Shown in pieces: positions 27,799-40,076 of a DNA stretch of 64,000 bases (positions within the stretch are counted from its first letter, which is position 1; each line of letters opens with the position of its first letter). Origin of the DNA: Flaccisagitta enflata (Eukaryota). Below the pieces are notes generated by a model, which made no database searches, was not told the DNA's origin, and saw only the letters and a list, made by a program, of their open reading frames with translations. The stretch is taken from NCBI GenBank assembly GCA_965153355.1, contig OZ231126.1, positions 43,276,001-43,340,000 on the forward strand, written 5' to 3'. A program made the translations under genes and the position numbers.

Positions 27799-30700
27799 AT
27801 GTCTGCCATGGCTCTTCCAAACTTACTTTTAAAAAACGGAGGACAGAGTGACAGAAATATGTGTTCCCTGAACAGCAATATTCAGCTATTGCGACACATA
27901 CCTGAATTCACTTCAGTTATTCACAGCATGCAGAATGAATCTGCTCTCCTCAGTGTCATAAGCAGTATATTCTCTCAATGTGGGAGCAATATTCCTATAA
28001 GCGCTTCACTGTTTAGGCATCTTGTGGCAACTCAAGTTGGAAGACCACTTGATTCTGGGGCACAGTATGACACTGTCGAGATTTTGAATTATTTGTTGGA
28101 TGTTTTTCCCAATGAACTTTTTCATTTTGATACATCAACACAGTACAGATTCATGATAAATGGAAAAGCGACATCATGCCCAATCTGCAAACAGTTTCCT
28201 GGTGAAATTCCGGGTTCGGATAAAATTTTGAAAATAATATTGCCCAATTCACATGTTAGGTTGTCATTGCAGGCATTGGTAAATAAAGCATTTTTACCTG
28301 TAAATCAACAAGATGGACGTAGGTGCAATTACTGTGTACAGAATGATCCAGCTTCCCCTATGATTCCTTCAATTGAGAAGACTAATCTTTTAGGTCATCC
28401 TCCTTATCTTTTCATGCAAATTCTTAGAATGGAATTCATCCACGGGAAAACCGTAAAAAACTGCACTCCTATAGAGATTCAAAAGGAGATTATAGTGGAT
28501 CGACAAAATTATGAAATTATAGGGATGATCACTCATATGGGTACAGCAGATGCTGGCCACAATAGGGCTTATCTTAGAGTGGGTTCTGAATGGTATCTAT
28601 GTGAGGATGACAAACCATCAAGAGTAAAGATACCTATAGATAACCAAAATGAACAAAGCTATGCTTTACTGTGGAAAAAAAAGGTGTTGGAAAACATACC
28701 AGAAGTTCAACAGTGTCACATAGCTGTTAACAGACTCCCAGATTCTGCTATGTCTGCCACATATGCCAATGTTGCTTCCACTTCAACTAAACATAGAGAA
28801 CCAAACCAAAAAAATATTGGTAGACAAGAGAAAAATAATGCACCTTTTTTTGGTATTCCAGACAAAGATATAAAGCATGAGACCAAATGCAAAGTATGTG
28901 GAAAAAGTTTTATTAGTATTAATCATCATCTGAGTATGAGTAAATGTGGCACACCAGAAGACCGGGAAAGAATAAAAAGTGATAATAAAATCAGAAAGAG
29001 AGAGAGAAGCAAAGAGTCAATGAGAGAACTACGCGGGAGAGAAAAAGAGGAAAAAGATCCTGAGGAGTATGCAAAAAAGGAAGCAGAAGGACGTCAAACA
29101 AGGAGAATGGAAGAAAAACAGGTAAATCCGGAGAAGTATGCTGAAAAGCATGCAGCAGGTATTCAGAAAACAAGAATGAAAACAAAGGAAGTCAATCCTG
29201 AAGAGTATGCTGCAAAGCATGCAGCCAGTATTCAGCAAACAAGAATGAAAACAAAGGAAGTAAATCCTGAAGAGTATGCAGAAAAGGAGGCAGAAGGACG
29301 CCAAACAAGGAGAATGAATGAAAAAGATGTAAATCCGGAGAAGTATGCTGAAAAGCATGCAGCTGGTATTCAAAAAACAAGAATGAAAACAAAGGAAGTC
29401 AATCCTGAAGAGTATGCTGCAAAGCATGCAGCCAGTATTCAGCAAACAAGAATGAAAACAAAGGAAGTAAATCCTGAAGAGTATGCAGAAAAGGAGGCAG
29501 AAGGACGCCAAACAAGGAGAATGAAAGAAAGAGAAAAAAATCCTATGGAATTCAGGCTAAAGGAAAAAACAAAGAAACAACAGTATCGACTAAACAAGGT
29601 TGATACACCTTTTAAAAGAAAGAAAGCTTTCTCTGCCTCGATTCGTGATGGTAGGATCTACTTCTGTATTTGTTGCCATCGAAGGCTCCATAGTTCTCAA
29701 GTCATAGAGCTTGAAGACAACTGGAAAGATTCAATGGAAGAGGAGTTTCCAGGTTCAATCTCTAAACTAGTTGGCCCAATTCCTGAAAGATTTTTTTACC
29801 CCCCAGTAAATTTAGGGGAAGATTCATACAAACTGGAGAGTGATCATATTTGCCATACCTGTAAAAAATACCTAGAAAAAAACAAAATGGCCCCCATGTC
29901 AAACATGAACAACCTCCAGCTCATTGATTTCACTGAGCATCCTGAACTGAGACTTAGTGAACTAGAACAACAGCTGATAGCTCTTAACATAATTTTTCAA
30001 AAAATTGTTCTACTCCCAAAAAGCAGGATGAATGCTATGAAAGATAAGACAGTCAGTGTTCCTATTCAACACTCTGATGTTGTTGAAACATTAACAAAAT
30101 TGCCTAGAACACCCAATGATGCTAGTTTGGCAGTGGTGCAATTAAAAAGGAGGTTAGGATATTCTGGGGTTCATAATCAACAACTCATTGATATAAAAAA
30201 AGTTCTTAAAGCTTTAAGAACATTCACAGAAATGAAAAATCCTTTCTATAAAAATATTCTTGAAGATCATGACTTTCAACAAAGATGTTTTGAATCTGAT
30301 CCGACTGGTTACAAAATTTTGTTCCCTGATAATGAACAAAATTTTGATGAACCAAACTCAAATTCACAAAACATAGATCTGTCTGCTTTAGAAATAGACT
30401 CCCAAAAACACATTGAACAACCTCAAAGTGTAGATGCCACTGAAGAATGTGACAATGTTAAAGAGGTTGAAGATGAGGACCAAGAATACAGAGAGAAAGA
30501 TCCAATAGGCAAGAACCAATTCAATTATAACCGTTCCACTTGTTTTGGGGACAACCACCCTGAAATAAGTGTAACAGAAAACACTACTGAACCCACTCAA
30601 GTAGCACCGGGTCAGGGTAAAATCCCAAGAAGTATAATACAAGATGAAAACTTTGAAGTAAAATCCTTCCCATGCTTTTTTCCTGATGGCAGAAATGGTT

Positions 30701-30930
30701 TAGATGAGGAAAGAAAAGTAAGACTTAATTCCCAGGATTACTGGGGACAACGAATTCTGAATGTAGATGATAGGTTCTCTGGATGTCCTCCATATGTTTT
30801 TGCAGCAGCAGCCCATACTGAGTTGAAACAAATGAATCGAAACATAAATCTTTCATTTCAAAGAGGATTAGAAAAAGTCAACCCTGATGGATCTTCCATC
30901 TATACTTTGGAAGATCCATACATGGTTTAA
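27799..30930 (+). pseudogene. Helentron polyprotein segment 1: USP (peptidase C19) domain, Zn finger, 23-aa repeats, Cys-rich pre-Rep region
   Basis: Cys box KNGGQSDRNMCSLNSNIQLL, QYDTVEILNYLLD, CPIC/CNYC, PPYLFMQILRMEF and His box YEIIGMITHMGTADAGHNRAYLRVGSEWYLCEDD. Further motifs: CKVC..HH...C, CICCHRRL, ICHTCKKYL, LPRTPND and FPCFFPDG. Ends at TAA 30928-30930, but the frame continues. Confidence 0.88.
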
Positions 30931-33051
30931 GACAATATAAAAAATACCCCAAGGTATTGGAAAAAAGCTAGACAAGAATTATTTGCAAAGTTAGAAAACC
31001 TTGGACCCTTTACTTTCTTTTTTACCCTCTCATGTGCTGACATGAGATGGGCTGAAAATTTTACCTCTCTACTGGAGGGGCACAAGGTTGTCTTTGCTAG
31101 TGTGGATGGTAATGAGGAGTTTTTTATTGATGATGAACCTTTGGACGAATTCCTAAAAGCATATCCCAGTAAACATGAACTGATTAAGAACAATCTTCTT
31201 AATGCTACTCTAAACTTCCAACATCGACTGAAAATGTTCCTTAAGCATATAGTTTTGTCAAATGGCTCTTCCTTGCCCCTGAGCCATTACAACTACAGGA
31301 TAGAGTTCCAATTTCGTGGGGCACCTCATGCCCATGGAACTTTATGGCCAGACTGGAAAAGGTTTAGAAATCTTCCGAGTGAAGATGTAAAAAGAATCCA
31401 AGATGGCTTCAATAGAATAAAATCTGGTGACACTCTTTCAATAGAACACAAAAATTCTCTTGTAAAATTTGCTGACCAATTCATCTCTGTATCATTGAAT
31501 GACCCCGCAACTTCAAAAGTTGTGAAAGAGGTGAACATTCATAATCATACGAAGAAAGCATGCCAAAAGTATGATACACATTGTAGATTTCATTTCCCTC
31601 GATTTCCTACCTATGAAACTATCATCAGTGCCCCATCAAACATAGTTTTTCCTGATGAAAATGAACGGAAAACTATGATGAAGCGGTACACAACATTTCT
31701 AGAAGCTGTTAAAGAAGTGTTGGAAGATGAAAATGTCATGAAACAAATTGTAGCTTACAAACAGGAAGCAATGCAACAAATTTTTGTAGAAAGAAGTCTT
31801 AAATGGAGGTTGAAGCAGATGATTTGTGAGGCAGAGTATGACAAAGATGAATCTCTCTTGATTATTCCTGAAGATTTGAAACAGGAAGTCAAAGAGTTCA
31901 TGGATGACAATGGCAGACTTAAAATGGATGCAATAATAGCAGCAGAGTCGAGACTGAATGACCATGATGAGAAAATGAATGATATCATGAAGGAGAGGGT
32001 GATAAAAATGCTTGAATATGTTGACATTGAAAAAATTGACACCAAGGTTACTTTGCGCCTAGAGGAATACCTCAATGCCCTCTCTGTTAACAAAAAAGGT
32101 TACAGCATTCATTACAAAAGGGATGTGATGGAAACAATGGTAAATACATATAATCCTGAATGGATATCAGCATGGAATGGAAATATGGATATGCAGCTAT
32201 GTCTTGATTATTTTGCAGTAATCACTTATATAAGTGACTATTACTGTAAAGATGATACTGGCACTATGCAAGTGCTGCAAGAAGCACTCAAAGAGTCAAG
32301 AAATGAAAATCTGAGAAATCAATTACAAAAAATGGTTTCAGTTTTTTTAACTCATAGACATATGGGAGAAAGTGAGGCATACTACAGAATCTTGCCTAGT
32401 ATGCATATGAAAGATTCAAATATTACAACAGTTTTTGCTCAAACAGGTTTCTTTCCGAGTAGATTTTTGGAAAGAATAGAGGAAAATCAGGAAAAGTACT
32501 GTGAAAAAGTGGTTGAAGTTGAAGGTAGATCGGGAAAATATCAAGAAAAACCTTCTCTTTATGATAAGTACTTGAGAAGAGATTGTACAAATCAACCATA
32601 TTTACAAAAGTTGACTCACGCCCAATTTGTAAAATGCTATCAATCATCTAGTGTGATTGACAAAGAGTATGACTTCAAAGTTTCTACAATCACAAAAGAC
32701 CCTGATAATGAAGGTACCCAAGTATTAGGAAGTCAAATCATCTCTCCTAATTATGATGATGAGGATACAGCTGTTGAGCTGCCCCCATTCATCACTATTT
32801 GTAATTTAAAACCAGGTGAATTACCCTTCATGAAACGGCGTTCACCACAGGTATTGAGATATCATAAAGATATCATAAATTCAACAAAGAAAACAACCCT
32901 CATGAATACTACTATTCTGAATTACAACTTTATCATCCTCATGGACTCATATCAGACAAAAAAAGTTTTAACCTTGAGAGAGAAAGAGATGATTTTGACA
33001 GATGCAAAAAAACATTTTTTGAATCTGCCATATCCAATGTCAAGAAAATAA
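30931..33051 (+). pseudogene. Helentron polyprotein segment 2: HUH Rep (rolling-circle initiator)
   Basis: In-frame continuation DNIKNTPRYWKKARQELFAKLENLGPFTFFFTLSCAD (motif 1), YRIEFQFRGAPHAHGTLW (HUH motif 2), CRFHFPR, NTYNP..WNGNMDMQ and YISDYYCK (YxxxY motif 3). An 11-bp duplication at 32857-32878 shifts the frame. Confidence 0.92.
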
Positions 33052-33099
33052 TCATGCCTTTCATAGAATCAGTCGAATATGGTCTTGAACAGGCAAGGG

Positions 33100-35416
33100 A
33101 ACAGAAATCATTGGTGATGAACTAGATCCACAAAATGAACAAGACAGGGCAGAATGTGAAGCAGAGGGATTTCAGGATCATCCAGATTTTGCTCTGTCTG
33201 ACCCAGACAACCTAGATGTGGAGAGAGAATCATCAAGCACTGGCTTATTTAAAACAGTAACCATTGACTCAGACGAAAACCTGCACAAACTAACACAAAA
33301 GCTTGATCATGATCAGCAAATTGTATTCAGCAAAATTTTGAATTTTGCTTACCAAATCAAGTTATTGCGAAAAATTCCAGTGGAAGTGACACCTCCATTA
33401 ATAATTGTACAAGGGGGTGCAGGTTCCGGAAAAAGTCTCTTGATTAAGACAATGGCACAATGGTTTGAAAAAATACTAAGACAATCAGGAGATGATCCTG
33501 ACAAACCTTATGTCCTTGTCACTGCTTTTACTGGAACAGCAGCTGCAAATGTTGATGGCATGACTTTGCATTCCGCCTTTAATTTCAATTTTGGGAATGA
33601 CTTTCTTTCTCTTGGTGACAAAACAAGGGACCAAAAAAGAGAGTATTTAAAAAATCTTAAATTGGTCATCATAGATGAATACAGTATGTTAAAAGCCGAT
33701 ATGTTCTATCAGTTAGATCTAAGATTAAGAGAGTTGATGCAGAATGCTGATAAGGTCTTTGGAGGATGCTCCATCATTTTGCTTGGGGATGCTCATCAAC
33801 TAAGACCTGTAATGGGCAGGTATGTTTTTGAAGAGCCTATCTCAGAAGGGTATCGTCTACCCCATCTAATAGATCCCTTGTGGAAGAAGTTTCATGTGAT
33901 ACTACTGACTAAAAATCATCGGCAGGGAGAAGATTATGCATATGCAGAAATCCTGAATAGAATAAGAACAGGCAATCTTTCAGAGGATGATTGCCAAGTT
34001 CTTAGAGAAAGAGTTCGAAATAAGAATTCAACAGACCTACCAGAAAAGGCCCTTTACATCATTTGTGTTAATGCTGGTGTCAATAAGATGAATGAAGAAA
34101 GGCTTGAAAAATTGCCAGGATCCCAATACGAGTTTCTTGCTGATGTACGACGATCTGGGAAGCCATCTAAAAAACCCAGACTGAATAATGATGGTGCAAT
34201 TTTCAACACTCCATTACAGTATCAACTGAATTTGAAAATTGGCGCCAAAGTGATATTAACCTACAATGTCAATGTTATAGATTCACTCACCAATGGCGCC
34301 ATTGGAATTGTACTTGGTTTTGAAAAGACAAATGATTCAATCAAGAGTGTTCTTGTTCATTTCAATGATGAAAAAGTTGGAAGGGAAAAAAGAAAAAAAA
34401 ATTCTAGGTACTTACAACATAAGTACCCTGGCATCCCGGTAACTCCCATATCAAGAATAGAATTTCGCTTCAATCTTTCCAAAAATCCAACATCTCAAAA
34501 TGACTTAATGACAGCGACACAATTTCCTCTGAAGCTGGCATTTGCTTGTACGGCCCATAAGATGCAGGGCAGTACAATCCCAAAACCTGAACCATTAGTC
34601 ATTGATTTGAAATCCGTAAAAGAGGCTGCTCAAGCCTATGTCATGATGAGCCGTGTTCAATCTCTTCAACAACTCTTCATCCTTAATGAATTCCCAAAAG
34701 ATAAAATTTTCCCTTCTAATGTTGCAACATTAGAACTTGACAGACTAAAGACAATCGCTTGCAATGAAGAGGTAAAAAGTAAGATAAGTAAAACAATCAT
34801 TTTCAGTCTGAATATCCGATCATTACCAAAACATCACATGGATCTTCTATCTGACACAATGGTAAATGCAGAGGTGATAGCTCTTCAAGAGACATGGTGT
34901 GACTCAGATCAAGAAAATCAGCATTTGGCATTACCAGGTTACCAAATGCATTTTGCAAGCCAAGGAAATGGAAAAGGAGTTGTAACCTACATTAAAGGAA
35001 CTTACAGGGTTTCTGCCACAATCAATAAACAGTCATATCAAATGATCAAAGTCACAGGAAACAAATTTTCTGTTATCAATCTTTACTGCTCAAAGGGGGC
35101 AAACAAGCAACAGTTCTTTAGTGATTTGATGACATTGTTAAGAGGAACGTTGTGTTGCATAATAGTAGGAGATTTCAATGATAATTTCTTAAAAGAGCCA
35201 AAATCAAATTTTGTGCAACAAATGATTGCACAAAAATTGACCCAATTGGTAGAGACACCAACACATGCAGAAGGTGGACTGCTGGACCATGTTTATGTAA
35301 CAAATACAAAATGGCTATTAAACACAGAGGTCAACTTTCGGTACTACTCAGATCATGCTGCCATTACTGTCATGAAGGCAAATGACATTGAGGTTGATGA
35401 GGCAATGTCATCATGA
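33100..35416 (+). pseudogene. Helentron polyprotein segment 3: Pif1-family SF1 helicase and APE/EEP endonuclease
   Basis: Helicase motifs: GGAGSGKS, TAFTGTAA, IIDEYSML, FGG..IILLGDAHQLRPV, LTKNHRQ, QFPLKLAFACTAHKMQGST, AYVMMSRV. EEP motifs: SLNIRSL, LQETW, IVGDFN, LLDHVYV, YSDHAAI. TGA at 35414-35416. Confidence 0.93.
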
Positions 35417-35605
35417 CACAACAAATGACATTTCCTTTCATTAAGAAAATTGAATCATATCAAGAAATCAAGACATAGCTTCATATTCCTTCACAAAATG
35501 TTTTTAATATACAATGAAAAAAGCAACAAAACAATAAGTGTAAAAGAAATATAAAAAAAAAATACAAATATACAAAACATGAAATTCTGAAATTACAAAA
35601 CATAG

Positions 35606-35777
35606 AATTCTAAAATTCTAAAATTCTAAAATTCTAAAATTCTAAAATTCTAAAATTCTGAAATTAAAAAACTAAAAAATTACAAAACCTAAAATTCTAA
35701 AATTCTAAAATTCTAAAATTCTAAAATTCTAAAATTCTAAAATTCTAAAATTCTAAAATTCTAAAATTCTAAAATTC
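35606..35777. repeat. (CTAAAATT)n octamer tandem repeat in the Helentron 3' non-coding region
   Basis: Read directly from the sequence. Confidence 0.9.
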
Positions 35778-37159
35778 AGTAAAACACCGATGCCAGGTTG
35801 CAAGTCCTGGAGGCAGAAGTTTGAGCACTGAATTTTAGAAAATTTCCATTTGGATAGAAAGTGTGCATTGCTCTTTATCAAAAGTGAGATTCTCACTAGG
35901 TATTTTTTCCCAATGGCTTGATATGTGTTACAAATGTTTCAAGCTATTTGTTGATCATTCTAAATGCTACAATTGATTTGTGCAACATAAAACATATTAA
36001 AGGCTCATCTTTCTGTCCATCAATAACCCCAGAATTCCCTCCGCTTAGAGCTTACCAGAGGACGCATCGTTGCCCGATCGGGCTTGTTTCCTGGCTAAGT
36101 GTAAACACACGAAAAACAAGCTTAACGCGTTTTGGCGCTTACCGTCTCCTGACTCAACAAGGCCGGATACACGGCCAATAAGCAGTCGCTGACGAGTGGG
36201 CAGGAGCAGTTTGCAGATGGGCAGGAGCAGTCATTTGGTGGGCAGGGGCTGCATTTTGGGTCTTGTGACCTACGTACGTGCGTACGTACGCACGTACGTA
36301 CGTAGGGACACACCCTCTTATAGAGTCGCTTAGTCAGCGACTAAAAAGTTGAAAGTAATGACAACTTCTGTCGCTTTATGTCCGTTTCACTCAGTAACAG
36401 TTCAGAAACCAATTAGCAGAGACTTGTCACATTATTATTGTTATAATAAACCCGTAAACACAAAATTGTCATGATAAATTCATGAACTCAGGATTTCCAA
36501 GTATCTGAATGAGAAAAAGAAACATAAGGTCAAATTACGCTTTTGATGCGCAACATATGTTAGACTTTGACCAAGAATCCGCTCTGTTTGTTCTATGAAC
36601 TTGTTTTTTTTCATTTTTTTCAATCTCATGATCCTATTGTTTACAGTTTATTAGTTATTTATATGTTAATTAAATCAGTACTTAAAAAAACATCCGGGAG
36701 GATGGTGCGTCTTTTTCTTATGACGTGGCCGAATGTTATTTCAGCCAAAGTGTTTGTCTCGTGTCCATCGCATTTAAGCTCAGCAAACAAAATTACGTAC
36801 TGCGCGAGGACGAAGATTGCCGCGCGGTTTCTACGTTTATGTTCATTTGAAATATTTATTTCTCTTGAGCGGTTTGAGATATCTGCATGAAATTTTGAAC
36901 ATATTATATTCATGCGTAAGACCGCTCACTGTGTAGTTAGGGTGTGTCTATATGCAAAAGGACTTTTGATGAGACCATCAACATCAGACAGCATAAGATA
37001 TTAAATTCTAAGACCTTTAACATTTTTATTTTATCAAATTTCATTCATTTTTTTCAAAACCTCTTTTGTATATTGCTGTGTTGATGATTTTCTATCAGTA
37101 TCATTGTTACTGAACTTAATCAGATTAACCACATTAATATCTTGGTGCTAATTCAAATT

Positions 37160-37482
37160 CAGGGGTGTATATTCTTGAGTCGCTTTTGATTTTTTTCCCC
37201 CCCCCTGCCTTTGATTTTCTTCCCCGCGACGCGTCGCATCGCGTTTTTACATCCATGATTTTCTTCCCCATATAGCAATAAAACTATGTAGTTAAGGTTT
37301 AAATAGTGTTAAATTGTGTTCTACTAATTGAGTTTTATGATTTGGTACTGTAATAAGTTATATTTTCCCCAAATTTCCTTTTTTTCTCTTTTTTCCCCCT
37401 TAGATTTCCTTCCCCATCTCCAGAGCCTTTGATTTTTTTCCCCCCCCACCGGGGGGGGAAAACTCAAGAATATACAGGCCTG
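37160..37482 (-). mobile_element. hAT-type MITE, 8-bp TSD TTCAAATT (family copy 2)
   Basis: Reverse-complement copy of 25168-25483, with TTCAAATT on both sides. Confidence 0.9.
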
Positions 37483-38117
37483 TTCAAATTGCAACAAAGT
37501 GATGGTTGTTTATTTTTCATCAAAGTTGTATAAAGAGAGCATAACCAACTTTTCTGTAGATGTTTAGGTCTTATTTTCACCAAAACTCTGTGCAGATGCT
37601 GGAAGTATATATATTTTTAACAATCTTTTGTTTTTTAAAAAAATGGAAGATGATGGAAATTTTAAGAAATACAAATTCTTTTATTTATATTCCCTATTGT
37701 CGATGATTTATTCAAACATACTTTTGCATATTGTGTAGTCATGACAGGCAAACATATTTAAAAATTTCGATGAATTTCATGTCTTTGACAACATGAAAAA
37801 AATGTTTCATGTGATTACGGCCAAAGTAATTACGTGATCGCGGTACAACTTACCCAGGATTTGTCCAGGGATTGGATGGTTGTTCAGGCATAATTTCAGA
37901 GAATTTCATGGAATATTTTTTTGGCTACGCTAATTTGAAATTTTTAGATAGGTAGGCTGGTTTGGGTGGTTGCACTATCTGAAATTTCTTGAAACTTCAC
38001 ACATTGGTAGACAAGGTCAGATGATGTTGCCATACAAAAAATCAAGTCAATCGGTCAATCTGGAGGACGTTTACATGGAAGCCTTAAGCACCCTTTTCAA
38101 GCACCTTCTCATTATGA

Positions 38118-38484
38118 AACAAGGCCAACACCTATAAGTCGCGTGCGGGACTTACAGACTTAAAATGCTTTAGAATGACTTAGAATGGCTTAGAATGACT
38201 TAGTACGGCTTATAATGACTTAAAATGACCAAAAGGACTTAAACTGACTAAATGACCTAATGACCAAAAATAACTTAAAATGACTTAAAATGACTTAAAA
38301 TGACTTAAAATGACTTAGAATGACTAGGCATGACTTACAATGACTTAGAATTACTTAACACACCCTACAATGACTTAAAAAATGACATAACGGACAAAAA
38401 AGTAAAAAGGGGACCGACCGACCGACCGACCGACCGACGGACCGACAAAGCGGGGTGTAGAGTCGCGTAACACGCGACTAAAAA
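38118..38484 (-). mobile_element. HINE-like family A copy with internal (GACTTAAAAT)n repeats
   Basis: Ends AAACAAGGCC...AGTCGCGTGC and TAGAGTCGCGTAACACGCGACTAAAAA. It lies between ~47-bp inverted arms (38060-38107 and 38483-38529). Confidence 0.75.
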
Positions 38485-39386
38485 GGTGCTTGAGAAGGTG
38501 CTTAAGGCGTCCATGTGAACGTCCTCCAGTTCAAGAGATTCGGGTAAAAAAGGTCACGGGGATTTCCGCCACTTATAGAAACAAGGTCGGATACACGGCT
38601 AGCGAAGTCGCGTGCGGGTGGGCAGGGGCCATATTTGAGGTCACTAGACCATTTGGGCAGGTGCAGTGAGGTCCAAAAATAAAAATCATAAATGAAGTAA
38701 AGTGTGACGGACCGACGAACAAAACAGGGTGTAGAGTCGCTCGCACACGACTAAAAAATCAAGATCCCGTTTTGTTCTCAGACTAGGCGTATTTTACGCT
38801 TGAACGCTCATAAAATCATGAACGAGGTTTGTTCTTTTGATCACTACACTTGAAATATTAGGAGTATTGGAAAAATAAGAAGAACAGCGAATAGCTTTAA
38901 AGCTAGGCTTTCTAATGATGTAAAATTTGATAGTAATATTTTTAAAAATATAGCAACGCGTTCACTCCCTCCGGACCGGCCACCTTAAAAAGCTGAATCG
39001 GTAAATCCTAGATCCCTCTAGACAGGCGAAGACGATCGAAGGTTTAAATCTACGTTTGTGTATGAAAGTAATACAATGGATTCAATCAACTACATATGAC
39101 GCTGTATCGCCACTGCAACTGGCGCGGTGCAATGATTGTGGTTCTTAACAGCCCGTCAAAAAAAAAAAACAAGGCCGGATACATGACTACCTCATCGCGT
39201 GCGGTTGGGCAGGGGCCATATTTGAAGTCACCAGAGCATTTGGGCAGGATCAGTACGGTCAAACAGCATAGTGTGACTGACTGACTAACCAACCAACCAA
39301 CGGACAAAGCGGAGTGTAGGGTCGCATAGCACGCGACTAAAAATGACGCAGTAAAGCTATGTCCCCACAAAAATGTTTATCATCTA

Positions 39387-39770
39387 CAGAGAAAAGGTTA
39401 ATATAAGGTGTGAACCCCCTGAAAACTGTAGCACCCCCACCTACAGCTTTCACCGATTAAATTATACACACTCTAAAGGTAAAGGTAGAATGTTTATATT
39501 AATTTAAATGGTGTCACCAGAGCAATTTTGCTTTGTAAGTCAAGATATAGCTAAATAAAGCATTAAAATTAACTATTATTTAAGTTTATATGATTTTATA
39601 TGATAATTTGAGATTAAACTGGAAATTACAAAATTACTCTGGTGGCGCCATTGGTACAGTCATAACTTTTAATTTGCAATATTGAATTTACTATATATCG
39701 CTATAATTTGATTTGTAAGGGGGATGTTACAGTTTTAGGGGGTTCACATCTTACATTTCTCCTTCCTCTG
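39387..39770. mobile_element. MITE with TA TSD
   Basis: TA|CAGAGAAAAGG..TAAGGTGTGAACCCCCTGAAAACTGTA pairs with TACAGTTTTAGGGGGTTCACATCTTA..CCTTCCTCTG|TA. Confidence 0.8.
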
Positions 39771-40000
39771 TAGTTGCTTAGACAACCCTATGGTTCAGTA
39801 ATCGAGTACAGCTTCTTTGAATTTATCAAATTCTGGAACATCATCTCATTCGTCCAAAGATTAGGCTTCAAGCCCCGCATCTAGAGCTTCGCGCAATTGA
39901 TCTTCTGCATCTGAAGTATGAAATTGAAAGGATGCAGCTATTGAGTCATGAATACTAGAAATATTGAAGTTCCTAGTTTATCTCTACATGATTTGAAATC

Positions 40001-40076
<76 letters not shown>

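Larger units (their letters stand above)
27746..36089 (+). mobile_element. Helentron (Helitron2-type rolling-circle transposon); 5' end not visible (gap)
   Basis: Rep, Pif1 helicase and C-terminal APE endonuclease coding sequence. The 3' terminus has subTIR GAGGACGCATC (36058-36068), palindrome GCCCGATCGGGC (36072-36083) and TTGTTT. Confidence 0.92.

Noticed and set aside
28991-32647. Minus-strand ORFs overlapping the Helentron
   Set aside because: Antisense shadows of the coding and repeat sequence.
27799-35416. Independent host USP, PIF1 and APE genes, or a LINE/viral element
   Set aside because: The region is intronless and collinear with HUH Rep motifs and a Helentron 3' terminus. No reverse transcriptase or capsid motifs were seen.
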